Origin: an uncultured Candidatus Saccharibacteria bacterium
Lineage (GTDB): Bacteria; Patescibacteriota; Saccharimonadia; Saccharimonadales; UBA7683
Assembly: GCA_964397855.1 (NCBI GenBank)
Contig: CAYNKQ010000002.1
Coordinates: 3,884-67,883 of the forward strand
Direction: 5' to 3'
DNA: 64,000 bases
In this document: positions 1 to 11,041 of the stretch, piece by piece
Position numbering within the stretch: position 1 is the stretch's first letter
Layout of the letters: each line of letters begins with the position of its first letter
Program-made: the position numbers and the translations under genes
The notes under the pieces: generated by a model
Database searches by the model: none
Seen by the model: the letters and a program-made list of their open reading frames with translations, nothing else
What the model was told of the DNA's origin: nothing

Positions 1-1667
<1,667 letters not shown>

Positions 1668-1785
1668 TTACTTCATCATATATTATACCAACATTAAAAA
1701 ATGTATTCAACCACTTGCACTTTAAATATGCTTGTGGTTCAATCAGAGTTAACAAGTTAGTATTAAAAAACAAAAAAGGTCAAAA

Positions 1786-3903
1786 ATGTTTCGAAAACTC
1801 GTTTCAAACCTTCCGTTCAGCCCATCACTGATAAATCAGCTCGGATTTTATACTAATCGCCTCAAGAAAGAACAGTTCACCCGTAAACTCGGCTTTATCT
1901 TTATGATACTTGCAATACTGACTCAGACGATGACTGTCGCGATGCCTACACAGGCATCGGTCAAAGCGAGTGACAATGACATTGTGTACGGAGGTAACGG
2001 AAAAACAAAAGCGGGTATCGTGCAAGCGTACGCGAATAACAGAGATAACTTTGGTCACACTGATATACGTGCGATATTTAACTACTACCACATCACAGCC
2101 GCCAACCTTAACTCCAGCAAAGTAGTAGAGATTCGATCCACAACCGCAAACAATTACATGTCCATTGGTAGAGAAAAACGCGGATATGGGGTAGAAAGCA
2201 AGATACCGGTACCTGTCGTTTCGCCTATTTACTCACGCGGACTCCACGAATGGCCAGGCGCGAGCGGCAAGAGATGGCAAGCACTTGAAATCCAAACTGA
2301 TCAGGGAGTACGTTGGATCTTACTAGAGTGCGGAAATATTGTCACCGGAGGCCCAACTCCAGAAAAACCAAAAAATCCCAACCTAAAACTTGAGAAGTCA
2401 GTTGATAAGCCGAATGCCAAAAAAGGTGAAAAAGTTACCTTCAAGATCAAAGTTACTAATATTGGTAACGGCGTAGCCACTAATGCATACGTGTACGACG
2501 ATGCGCCAGTAGGAATGGATCTCGTGAATGATGGTCTTGATGCGAAACATCACATAAAGAGCCCTCGACGTTGGGAGACTCCTCGATTCAACCTCGCACC
2601 AGGCCAAAGCTTTACCTATGCACTAAAGGCAGTAATTACTAGATGGGGTCCGGTCACTCTCATAAACCGAGCCTGTGTTGACTTCTTCGACGTGAATATC
2701 TATGACAACTGCGATACCGCAACAGTAACAGTGCCGAACGGCTGCCCTATCCCTGGAAAGGAAGAGCTCCCTAAGGACGATCCAAGCTGCAAGACAAACC
2801 CAAACCTTGTTATCACCAAAACAGCTGACAAAAAGAACTTAAAACTGGGCGATACCTTCGAATATACTTTAAAAGTTACAAACAAAGGTGATGTCAACCT
2901 GCCGAAGGCGGTTGTAAGAGACCTGGCACCCGAACAACTTGAGTTTCTTGAGGTAAAAGAAGTTGGCTCAACGGTATTTAAAAAAGTTACCAACCCGAGG
3001 GACTATGTAAGCACGCTATTCCCTATCAAAAAAGGTGCGACAGTCACGATAGTTTTAAAAGCTAAAGTTATAAAAAATAGTAGTGAAGCCGTCAAGAACA
3101 CCGCGTGTGTACTCTCGACTGGAGCCGAAACTACGGCTGGCGGCTGTGACGACGAGACGATCGTCATAAAAGAAACCTGTCCCACAAACCCTACGCTGCC
3201 AAAAGACGACACAAAATGCCAGCAACCCTGCCCTATTGAAGGTAAGCAGAACCTTCCAGCCGGCGACCCAGGCTGCAAGCCGTGCGAAGAATCTAAACAG
3301 AGTCAAGACGGCAAAGATCTCAGCTGCCTAGAACTTCATAAAAAAGCTCGCAATATTACCCAGCAAATTGAAAATGCCAACGGAACCAAGGCAAATGCAG
3401 GTGACACTATCGAATACACCCTTTCAGTAACAAACAAGAGCAAAGAAACTCGAAACGCTTTTGTTGTGGAAGAAGCTATCGGCGACGTGATGGAGTATGC
3501 AGACGTAATTGACGCAAGTGGCGCTACATATGCAACAAATCCAGTTAAAATGCTCACCTGGAAACCGGTAGATATAAAGCCGAACGAAACAATAAATCGT
3601 ACCGTACTCGTTAAGATTAAAAGCACCATTCCAACGACCCCAGCATCTACCTCAGACTCGTCATCGTACGACATGAAAATGTTCAATGTATACGGAGACA
3701 GTGTAACGATAGATCTACCTCAGAATCCAGTAAAAGTCGCCGAACAAACTATTACTTCTCTTCCGAGTACAGGTCTTGGCGCAAATGTGGTAATTAGCAC
3801 CATACTTATTATGGTTGTCACGTACTTCTACTTCAGGAGTAGAACAATGGTAAAAGAACTTGGACTAGTGCGACAACAATTTAACTACGGGGCAGGACTA
3901 TAG
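1786..3903 (+). CDS. Cell-surface protein with three DUF11-type repeat domains and a C-terminal LPXTG-type sorting signal
   Basis: 705 aa. N-terminal signal anchor (LGFIFMILAILTQTMTVAMP). Three segments resemble KGEKVTFKIKVTNIGNG / LGDTFEYTLKVTNKGDV / AGDTIEYTLSVTNKSKE. Cys-bracketed linkers have the form CP..LP..DP.CK. C-terminus is LPSTG, then a hydrophobic stretch, then RSR. Confidence 0.8.
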   Translation: MFRKLVSNLPFSPSLINQLGFYTNRLKKEQFTRKLGFIFMILAILTQTMTVAMPTQASVKASDNDIVYGGNGKTKAGIVQAYANNRDNFGHTDIRAIFNYYHITAANLNSSKVVEIRSTTANNYMSIGREKRGYGVESKIPVPVVSPIYSRGLHEWPGASGKRWQALEIQTDQGVRWILLECGNIVTGGPTPEKPKNPNLKLEKSVDKPNAKKGEKVTFKIKVTNIGNGVATNAYVYDDAPVGMDLVNDGLDAKHHIKSPRRWETPRFNLAPGQSFTYALKAVITRWGPVTLINRACVDFFDVNIYDNCDTATVTVPNGCPIPGKEELPKDDPSCKTNPNLVITKTADKKNLKLGDTFEYTLKVTNKGDVNLPKAVVRDLAPEQLEFLEVKEVGSTVFKKVTNPRDYVSTLFPIKKGATVTIVLKAKVIKNSSEAVKNTACVLSTGAETTAGGCDDETIVIKETCPTNPTLPKDDTKCQQPCPIEGKQNLPAGDPGCKPCEESKQSQDGKDLSCLELHKKARNITQQIENANGTKANAGDTIEYTLSVTNKSKETRNAFVVEEAIGDVMEYADVIDASGATYATNPVKMLTWKPVDIKPNETINRTVLVKIKSTIPTTPASTSDSSSYDMKMFNVYGDSVTIDLPQNPVKVAEQTITSLPSTGLGANVVISTILIMVVTYFYFRSRTMVKELGLVRQQFNYGAGL

Positions 3904-3905
3904 TC

Positions 3906-4475
3906 ATGGGTGAACACTTAAAAAGTAGCGAAAATGCTGGTGAACAAATTCCAAATAAAGAAATCGAGAAGCACCAAGAACGCCTCAATGAACTCCACGA
4001 GAAAGCTGAAAAAAAGGCTCATAAAAGTGGTCACGAAAAAGAGACTATCCGTCACGAAATAAAAGAAAAAGCAATCTCAGGTGCAGAATACCGAAAGCCC
4101 GCTTCAGAAGGCAAGCAACAAAAAGCCCCTACTACCAAGAAAGAAAAAGATCATGTTTTCGATACTGTTATGCACCATGTTCACCAGAATATGTCTAAGC
4201 CCGAACGTGCGTTTAGCTCATTTATACATAGGCCTGTAATCGAAAGAACAAGTGAAGTTGCTGGTAAGACCATTGCAAGACCTTCAGGGATAGCCGGTGC
4301 AGCAATCGCAGCCTTTGTTGGCCTCCTTTCAGTATACGGTGTCGCCAAGTTTGCGGGATTTGAACTTTCGGGATCAGAGATGCCACTACTACTTGCAGGA
4401 GGCTTTCTGATTGGTCTAGTTGCGGAATGGGTATTTAAGTCAGTGCGCGTACTATTTAGCCCAAATAAGAACTAA
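3906..4475 (+). CDS. Hypothetical membrane protein (Lys/Glu-rich N-terminus, two C-terminal TM helices)
   Basis: 189 aa. Starts 3 nt after the upstream stop. C-terminal hydrophobic helices IAGAAIAAFVGLLSVYGV and LLLAGGFLIGLVAEWVF. No family recognised. Confidence 0.6.
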   Translation: MGEHLKSSENAGEQIPNKEIEKHQERLNELHEKAEKKAHKSGHEKETIRHEIKEKAISGAEYRKPASEGKQQKAPTTKKEKDHVFDTVMHHVHQNMSKPERAFSSFIHRPVIERTSEVAGKTIARPSGIAGAAIAAFVGLLSVYGVAKFAGFELSGSEMPLLLAGGFLIGLVAEWVFKSVRVLFSPNKN

Positions 4476-4550
4476 TTTCGCTGATCACCCGAATATCGTC
4501 CAATAGGACATGGATGAAAACACCCCTAAAAAACAGAGGCAACGCAAGTC

Positions 4551-7499
4551 TTAGACTTCATCATCTTTTGAATGATGAATCAGGCCCTGCCTGTCTATGG
4601 CAATCTCACCTGCACCCAAATCACCTTCCTGTATAGCATTGTTAACCGCCGCTGACTGCTCCCCGCTCGTGACTTGCTGATTGTTGCCATCTCTCTGCAC
4701 TACAAGCTCTTCAACCGGCTTCTGGCTGGGATCCGTCTGTAAGTTTACTGGTGGAGTAAAAGACTGTACAGGGCGCGCTTGTGGCTGCTGAAGCGACTGC
4801 GGAATGGGCGTAGCTGTGTGTGTATTCGCCTGACTCAAGCTGCCAAACTCTGGCTTCTGAAGTGCCTGTGGTGAAGAAGTCCCAAGACCCGGGCTAGCGA
4901 CTGGCTTTGTAGCCATCTCTTGTTTCCGCTTAGCGAGCCACTCGTCAAGGAACGAAGAGCTTCCAGGCTTTGGTACAGCCGATGGCTGGGCGGAAGTCGA
5001 TCCCGCTACAGGATTCGTTGCACCAAGCCCTGGCCGAGCACCAGCTCCAAACGCAGGTCGCGGAGCTTCTTGTGTTTTAAGCCTTGCAAATATTTCTTTC
5101 TCAATAACTGCCTTTGGACGGCCATACTTAGCTGCAGAAAGTCGTTTCAGCGCATCCCCTAGTTCTGAGTTAGGACTACCTAGAGGTGGAACTGTTTCCA
5201 TGCTAAACGGTTGTGTCGGAACCCCATTCATGAGCATCTGAACCGCCCAGTTGTAGTTTGGCATCTTAGTAATGTCTTCCGCATCAAATGTTGGAGAAAA
5301 GTATTTAACCAAAAAGTCCGCATCGTTGGCACCAGTACGTGAGCCAACTACGGTCCCCACGTTTCCGAACACCGCGTCACGAATTTCATCAGTAAGCTGG
5401 CCTACAAACTGATTCGCCACGATCAGACTTAACCTATACTTACGGGCTTCAGAGAGGATATCTGAGAACGTTTCAGTTGAGAAGTTTTGAAATTCATCAA
5501 CGTATAACGCAAAATCCCTACGCTCTGATTCGTGAATGTTTGCACGGCCCATTGCAGCAGCGTAGAACTTCATAACAAATATCATGCCCAGAAGCTTAGC
5601 GTTGAGTTCACCCGTCTTTCCTTTACTGAGGTTGACCAGAAGAATTTTGCCCTCATCCATCACCTGACGAATATCAAAACCACTTTTTGTTTGCCCAATA
5701 ATATTGCGCATCATCTGATTCGACAGGAACGCGCCGAATTTACTTACAAACCAACCCTTCACCTCTCCAAATTCATTAGACCGCTCAGATGCTGGCATTT
5801 CTTTAAGCCAGAAGTCGAGCACAGGCTGATCTGTTACATATTTAAGTTTTTGATTTAGGTATGCCTTGTCGTTAAACAACTTTGGGATATCAATAAACGT
5901 TCCCCCATCTGGTCCAGCCATAACAACCAGCGCAGCGTTACGGAATATATTTTCATATCTTGGCCCAATGATTCCTTGTCGTTGTGGATCATACAACCTG
6001 TAAAGCATGTTTATGGCCTCTTGAATAAGGAAATCTTGTTGTTCTTTATATTGAAACTCGAAAAGGTTAAGACCAACGGGATTATCCATATCGCCAGGGG
6101 CAAAGTAGATCACGTCCTCAGTTCTCTCTTTGGGTACCATACTCATAAGCGTTTCGGCGGTGTCACCATGCGGGTCAATAAAGGCAAACCCTTTACCGTC
6201 TAACATATCTTGTAGCGCCAGGTTCTCTAATAGTACCGACTTACCTGTACCGGTTTGTCCGATGATGTACATGTGCCTTCTTCTGTCGCTATCAGTTAGA
6301 CGAATCTCTTTCTTTGTGCCCCTAAACACGTTGTAACCTAACAATAAGCCTTTTTCGGGTACATTATTTGGTCCGTCAACCTGCTTTGAGGCCTGTCGTT
6401 GTAATTGCGACGTCGGTGTATTCTTTTGATCGGGAAAGTGAAAGATCGAAGCAAGTTCAACACTGTTAAGAATACTTTGATTTACCTCTTGGGGGAAAAA
6501 TCGAAAAATAAATGCTGTGACAAAATTTTCTATCACCTTGGCAGGAACAAATTTGAAACCATTTCTGCCAGGAGAATCAAAAAGCGAGAACGAAGCTACA
6601 ATGTTACTAAGTATTGTTTGCGAACGTGCAGCCGTATTAGACGACGCAGCAACACGTATCAGAACTTCGTAACCCGGATAACGAGTTTTCTCTTCAATTG
6701 CATCCAACTCAGCCTGCTCCAATGAAGAGAGTTGCTTTTCTTCCTGCTTAATCTCACCTTCAGGGGGCTTCCATAGTGCACTCCCGACATCCTTCCAGAC
6801 GTGCCCACCAAGACCTTTTTTATAACGATCTTTTTTAAACTTAACGGTGGTTTGCTTTGATTTTTTAACCCAATCAGGGTTTGCAGGACGTAGCAATATC
6901 TGGATACCGGCACCATCGTCTTTGGTAAGCGTTGACATTGAATTGAGTAGTGACTGCATTGCATCACGCTTAGAATCCTGGTATGTGGCGATTGGATTGG
7001 CAAATCCCTTTTTCAGAACAAGCTCTCCACCAATGGTTCCGCTAATCTTGCCGACAGAACTAAAGATGTTATGCTCTTCAACTTCTTCGAGACGAGCAGT
7101 TGGATACGCGCTTGTGATAGCTTGCTCAACCACAGAGACCAACGCAACTGGAACTGCAGTGTAATAATTAATCCTCCCCTTTGCGGCCACAACTTCAAAT
7201 GCAATGTGACGCTGACCATAAAATTTGTTCTTAAAACCTTTCGGAGTAGCAGTACTCGCTAGAATGTTGTACAAAACCTGTGCCTTAGAAATTGTTTCTT
7301 CGGTGATATCTCTTGCATCCCTGCTGCCAGTCTCAATATCATCACTAATAGGTGGAAGATGAATCAAAAGTGGGACCATTTTAAGACCACGTTCATAGTT
7401 TTTGGCTTCACGCAGTACTTTTCGGTAATACGCAAATATAACAAACCCAGCAATTATACCTACGCCCGCCATGACACTTAGAATGATTAATGCTTGCAT
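4551..7499 (-). CDS. VirD4/TraG/TraD-like (type IV secretion coupling-protein family) P-loop ATPase with an N-terminal TM anchor and a ~190-aa Pro/Gln/Ser-rich tail
   Basis: 982 aa. N-terminal TM MQALIILSVMAGVGIIAGFVIFAYY. Walker A IIGQTGTGKS followed by FAFIDPHGD. Walker B-like ALYVDEFQNF. Also ARKYRLSLIVANQ. The last ~190 aa are low complexity. Confidence 0.75.
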   Translation of the reverse strand: MQALIILSVMAGVGIIAGFVIFAYYRKVLREAKNYERGLKMVPLLIHLPPISDDIETGSRDARDITEETISKAQVLYNILASTATPKGFKNKFYGQRHIAFEVVAAKGRINYYTAVPVALVSVVEQAITSAYPTARLEEVEEHNIFSSVGKISGTIGGELVLKKGFANPIATYQDSKRDAMQSLLNSMSTLTKDDGAGIQILLRPANPDWVKKSKQTTVKFKKDRYKKGLGGHVWKDVGSALWKPPEGEIKQEEKQLSSLEQAELDAIEEKTRYPGYEVLIRVAASSNTAARSQTILSNIVASFSLFDSPGRNGFKFVPAKVIENFVTAFIFRFFPQEVNQSILNSVELASIFHFPDQKNTPTSQLQRQASKQVDGPNNVPEKGLLLGYNVFRGTKKEIRLTDSDRRRHMYIIGQTGTGKSVLLENLALQDMLDGKGFAFIDPHGDTAETLMSMVPKERTEDVIYFAPGDMDNPVGLNLFEFQYKEQQDFLIQEAINMLYRLYDPQRQGIIGPRYENIFRNAALVVMAGPDGGTFIDIPKLFNDKAYLNQKLKYVTDQPVLDFWLKEMPASERSNEFGEVKGWFVSKFGAFLSNQMMRNIIGQTKSGFDIRQVMDEGKILLVNLSKGKTGELNAKLLGMIFVMKFYAAAMGRANIHESERRDFALYVDEFQNFSTETFSDILSEARKYRLSLIVANQFVGQLTDEIRDAVFGNVGTVVGSRTGANDADFLVKYFSPTFDAEDITKMPNYNWAVQMLMNGVPTQPFSMETVPPLGSPNSELGDALKRLSAAKYGRPKAVIEKEIFARLKTQEAPRPAFGAGARPGLGATNPVAGSTSAQPSAVPKPGSSSFLDEWLAKRKQEMATKPVASPGLGTSSPQALQKPEFGSLSQANTHTATPIPQSLQQPQARPVQSFTPPVNLQTDPSQKPVEELVVQRDGNNQQVTSGEQSAAVNNAIQEGDLGAGEIAIDRQGLIHHSKDDEV

Positions 7500-7508
7500 G
7501 ATCGTCGC

Positions 7509-7925
7509 CTACTCGGCTAGCTTTATTGTTTTATTATACCGTTTCTGCAAGTAGTCAGCCTGCAGTTTGCTGACTTCTTGCTCCTGTTGATACGGATCAG
7601 TCTTGGTAGAGTTAACAATATGTTTTGCTTTATCTACCCACTCTTTTTCAATAACATCAACGTCGTCAGCCATCATCGGGTCAGCCACCGGAGACACCTG
7701 GCTAACAACTTGGGGCGCAGGGTTGGCGGGCGGGCTGGTTGGCTGAACCGCCAGCACTGGCTGAATAGTCGGTGAACCCGGAGCCGAAGGAGTCTCAAAT
7801 GACCGCTCTTGACTTGTGCTGGGGGCGGTCTCAGGAGATATCGGCATCAAGTTAGCAGCAGTTTGCTGCTCTTGAAAATTCTGACTGCCCTCTTGAGCAA
7901 TTGGCTCAGGTAAAATTGGTTCCAT
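7509..7925 (-). CDS. Hypothetical protein (Pro/Gln/Ser-rich N-half, helical C-half)
   Basis: 138 aa. Ends 10 nt upstream of the ATPase start, on the same strand. C-terminal DVDVIEKEWVDKAKHIVNSTKTDPYQQEQEVSKLQADYLQKRY looks like a folded segment. Confidence 0.55.
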   Translation of the reverse strand: MEPILPEPIAQEGSQNFQEQQTAANLMPISPETAPSTSQERSFETPSAPGSPTIQPVLAVQPTSPPANPAPQVVSQVSPVADPMMADDVDVIEKEWVDKAKHIVNSTKTDPYQQEQEVSKLQADYLQKRYNKTIKLAE

Positions 7926-7967
7926 ATCTGCTTAGAAGTATAGCAAAAAACAGGTGGCTTTGGCAGT

Positions 7968-8351
7968 CTAAAAACGCCGAAGCAAATAAAAATTGAGTAG
8001 CAACTCAAAGACTAAAATTAACACCAGATCAACTACCTGAAGTTGCCTCAGCGTCTGCAACCCCACCAGGAATACTGCGCCAGCTGCTATCGCTACAGAT
8101 GTGTAGAGAATTCTTACACCCGACATCCCGAGCTTGCGACCAATAAATCGCAGCATTGACACCGTAAACGACAGTGTGCACATAAAAATAAACAAAAGAA
8201 ACAACATGACAACTATCGGCCCACCTTGACCTGGGCTTTTTGTCGTAATAATGATCAACAATCCCATGATCGAGCCGACAACTGAAGCCGCCAGTAGCTT
8301 TGTAACAGTTGTAGATTCTGATTCTTTTAGTATTTCTATATCTTTTTCCAT
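7968..8351 (-). CDS. Small integral membrane protein (about 4 TM helices)
   Basis: 127 aa. SD GGAG lies 4-5 nt upstream of the ATG (minus strand ...caatGGAGttATG). Strongly hydrophobic frame. The overlapping 8029..8382 frame was rejected. Confidence 0.6.
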   Translation of the reverse strand: MEKDIEILKESESTTVTKLLAASVVGSIMGLLIIITTKSPGQGGPIVVMLFLLFIFMCTLSFTVSMLRFIGRKLGMSGVRILYTSVAIAAGAVFLVGLQTLRQLQVVDLVLILVFELLLNFYLLRRF

Positions 8352-8374
8352 AACTCCATTGAACCAAATTTCTT

Positions 8375-8442
8375 AAAAACAAAAAAGCTAGAGTAACAAA
8401 TCCGCCAACTTAATTACTTTTGTAGCGCTTGAATACTCTAGC
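8375..8442 (-). terminator. Terminator-like hairpin in the 5' region of the 127-aa membrane protein gene
   Basis: Minus strand: GCUAGAGUA (8442-8434), 38-nt loop, UACUCUAGC (8395-8387), then UUUUUUGUUUUU. It ends ~25 nt before the start codon at 8351. The loop is large for a simple intrinsic terminator. Confidence 0.3.
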
Positions 8443-9289
8443 AGTGACTGACCGCTCTCAATAAAGAGAGCGCTAGCGCCATCAACTGATGGCTATACTG
8501 TGGTGAAAGGTGCTGCTCTTTCGAGCTGATAGAATCATAGCACTGGATCTTCATTAACACAAGCATTTTATTATTGTAATAATAACAATGTACATCTATT
8601 ACAGGTGAAGTAATGTTGTTGTAAATAATGCTATTTGCCTTAATTTAATCTGTACCTAGGCCCTCTTTTAGCGCATAAACCCTTCTTAAAATCTCTGAGC
8701 CAAGCACAGACTGATGTCTAAATTCCTGTAGTTTTTATGACCCGATTAACGATGAGTTGAGGACTGAACACAAAATATCCAGCAATCAGCCTTCACGGCC
8801 AACTCGATAACCAACTAAACATTCCCCAAAAATGTCACGTACACACGCAATCAAATTAATTGCCGACCGACTTAAAAAAATTCAAGAACACGGATCGAAC
8901 ACAATCCCTCCAACTTTACCTTAGAAAATAGAAATAGAATTTGAGTTATATTAACACTACCAATTAATTGATCCCGGGGCGCAGACAACACAGCCATCAA
9001 CGTGCAGCTGAAGCGGCAAACATGCGGCCTAGACTAGACTCCACCATGGACTAAGGCAGTCTTCTCCGACCTACGGCTGAGCACAAAAATAATTAACTGA
9101 ATACAAATTAAAATGCAGGAGAAAAGCACATCGCGTTCCAGCGTTCTAGCAGAATGCCAGTAGGCCAACTTCCTAATAAAGCATTCGACTGTGACTATGT
9201 TGATGTCAATAAATAGTCATCAATTTTGTAGCCTATCAGTATCATGTCATGCTGTGGATAACTTCATTACATTTTGTGCTTATTATATG

Positions 9290-9318
9290 TTGACATAAGC
9301 TTTTAGAGCGCCTATTAT
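9290..9318 (+). promoter_or_regulatory. Sigma-70-type promoter
   Basis: TTGACA (9290-9295), 17 nt spacer, TATTAT (9313-9318). Confidence 0.5.
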
Positions 9319-9324
9319 GATAGT

Positions 9325-9410
9325 GGCACTTGAATAAAAAAAGTGCTCAAAACAAAAAGATAAACCCTTGAAACAACGGCTACTCGCAGGCCGTTGTTTT
9401 CTTTTGTTTT
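9325..9410 (+). ncRNA. Candidate ~85-nt two-hairpin transcript (sRNA or comM leader/attenuator)
   Basis: Lies between the promoter at 9290-9318 and the terminator. 5' hairpin GCACUU/AAGUGC (9326-9347). 3' hairpin GAAACAACGGC - 9 nt loop - GCCGUUGUUUU. The comM SD and ATG follow at 9443-9460. Confidence 0.3.
9370..9410 (+). terminator. Rho-independent terminator (plus-strand specific)
   Basis: AAACAACGGC (9371-9380) and GCCGTTGTTT (9390-9399), 9-nt loop, then TCTTTTGTTTT. The reverse complement has no U-tract. Confidence 0.7.
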
Positions 9411-9457
9411 ACATTTACCAATCTGTTAATACCGTCAAATACAAGGAGGTCTTCTCT

Positions 9458-10963
9458 ATGACAACAGCAAAAGTATACTCTGCCGCACATATAGGTTTCG
9501 ATGGCAGACTAATCGAGATTGAGTGCGACACAAGCAATGGACTACCTGGAATAATTATAGTCGGGCTGGCTAACAAAGCTATCGACGAAGCAAAAGAACG
9601 TATGCGCAGCAGTATCAAGAATAGCCGTCTCAGTACTCCACGAAAGCGTGTAACTTTGAACTTAGCTCCTGCCGACATACCGAAAGATGGATCGTGCTAC
9701 GACCTCCCCATGGCCGTGGCAATATTGGCTGCGAGTCAACAAATACGCCCAGACTTTTTGGCGGACTCATTGTTTGTAGGAGAGTTATCGTTGGACGGAA
9801 GCCTTCGGCCAGTAAAAGGAGCTGTGTCGTACGCAGAAGTTGCAAGAGCAAGCGGCTTCAAGCGGATATTTGTTCCCGCCAAAAACGCGGATCAAGCAGC
9901 GCTTGTGAACGAGATTAGCGTGGTGCCGATCAAAACGCTGCACGAACTTTGCGAATACCTAAACAAGTCGAAGCCCTTTACCCTTCATCCAAAAACAAAC
10001 ATTACAGCAACTCCAGCAAAGGGCTCTGTTGACTTCGGTGACATCTACGGACAGCAGCACGCCAAGCGTGCACTTGAGATTGCTGCAGCCGGACACCACA
10101 ATATACTGCTTTCAGGTTCCCCGGGAGCGGGAAAAACTATGATGGCACGCGCACTTCTGTCGATTATGCCCCTCCCCTCCACTCAGGAGATAATCGCAAT
10201 CACCAAGCTACATAGCCTAGCCGGTGAAGTAGTTAACGATATTGTTACAAACCGTCCCTTTCGTACGCCTCATCATACATCAAGCAGCGTTGCGCTTATT
10301 GGTGGCGGCAAAAGCCCGAAACCAGGTGAGATTAGTCTAGCCAACAAGGGCGTGCTGTTCCTGGACGAGTTTCCAGAGTACACAAGATCCTGCCTAGAGG
10401 CCTTAAGGCAGCCCCTGGAAGACAGGACCGTGACGGTCGCCAGAGCTGAAAGTACCGTCACATTCCCTGCCGACTTTATGTTAGTGGCAACCCAAAACCC
10501 CTGTCCATGTGGCTATTATATGGATCAAGACCATGATTGCAGCTGTACGGCCAACCAGATTAGTCAGTATGGTAAAAAAATATCTGGGCCACTACTTGAC
10601 CGGATCGACTTGGTCGTACCCGTCCAAAAAGTTGCACATAAGCACCTCTTGCCGAGTGTAAACACCGCCACTCAGAGCAAACAGATACTCAGGCAGGTCA
10701 TGTTAGCCAGAAAGATGCAGGCCGAACGCTTCAAGAATACCGAGAAGACAAATGCACACATGAGCAATCGTGATATAACGACCAAAGCTCAGCTAACAGA
10801 AGAGGCTCGGGAGCTTCTGGAAATTGCAGCCACAAAGCTTTCACTGTCAGCTCGTAGTTACATGAAAGTTATTCGAGTGTCCAGGACTATCGCCGATCTT
10901 GAAGCGAGTCAAAAAATCGAAAAAATTCACATGAGCGAAGCCTTGCAATATCGCCCCCGTTGA
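9458..10963 (+). CDS. comM: Mg-chelatase-like AAA+ ATPase ComM/YifB
   Basis: I place the start at ATG 9458 (SD AAGGAGG at 9443-9449) rather than the track start 9368. Lon-protease-like N-domain, Walker A LSGSPGAGKT, VLFLDEFPEY, and a Cys-rich insert NPCPCGYY. Confidence 0.9.
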   Translation: MTTAKVYSAAHIGFDGRLIEIECDTSNGLPGIIIVGLANKAIDEAKERMRSSIKNSRLSTPRKRVTLNLAPADIPKDGSCYDLPMAVAILAASQQIRPDFLADSLFVGELSLDGSLRPVKGAVSYAEVARASGFKRIFVPAKNADQAALVNEISVVPIKTLHELCEYLNKSKPFTLHPKTNITATPAKGSVDFGDIYGQQHAKRALEIAAAGHHNILLSGSPGAGKTMMARALLSIMPLPSTQEIIAITKLHSLAGEVVNDIVTNRPFRTPHHTSSSVALIGGGKSPKPGEISLANKGVLFLDEFPEYTRSCLEALRQPLEDRTVTVARAESTVTFPADFMLVATQNPCPCGYYMDQDHDCSCTANQISQYGKKISGPLLDRIDLVVPVQKVAHKHLLPSVNTATQSKQILRQVMLARKMQAERFKNTEKTNAHMSNRDITTKAQLTEEARELLEIAATKLSLSARSYMKVIRVSRTIADLEASQKIEKIHMSEALQYRPR

Positions 10964-11041
10964 CCCCTGTGAAACCATATGCTACACTTGAATCATATTA
11001 AAAGATATTAGTTAACCATAACAACATAACGGAGCATAGCT

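Noticed and set aside
8029-8382. 117-aa alternative frame overlapping the 127-aa membrane protein gene
   Set aside because: It is on the same strand as 7968-8351 but in a different frame. The 7968-8351 frame has a GGAG SD and coherent TM helices. This frame is Arg/Cys/His-rich and has no SD.
9253-9261. Replication origin suggested by perfect DnaA boxes (TGTGGATAA at 9253-9261; TTATCCACA at 23802-23810; near-matches at 23781 and 24168)
   Set aside because: These are isolated single boxes rather than clusters. No dnaA or dnaN gene is adjacent. Gene orientation does not switch at either gap; the minus-strand bias continues on both sides.
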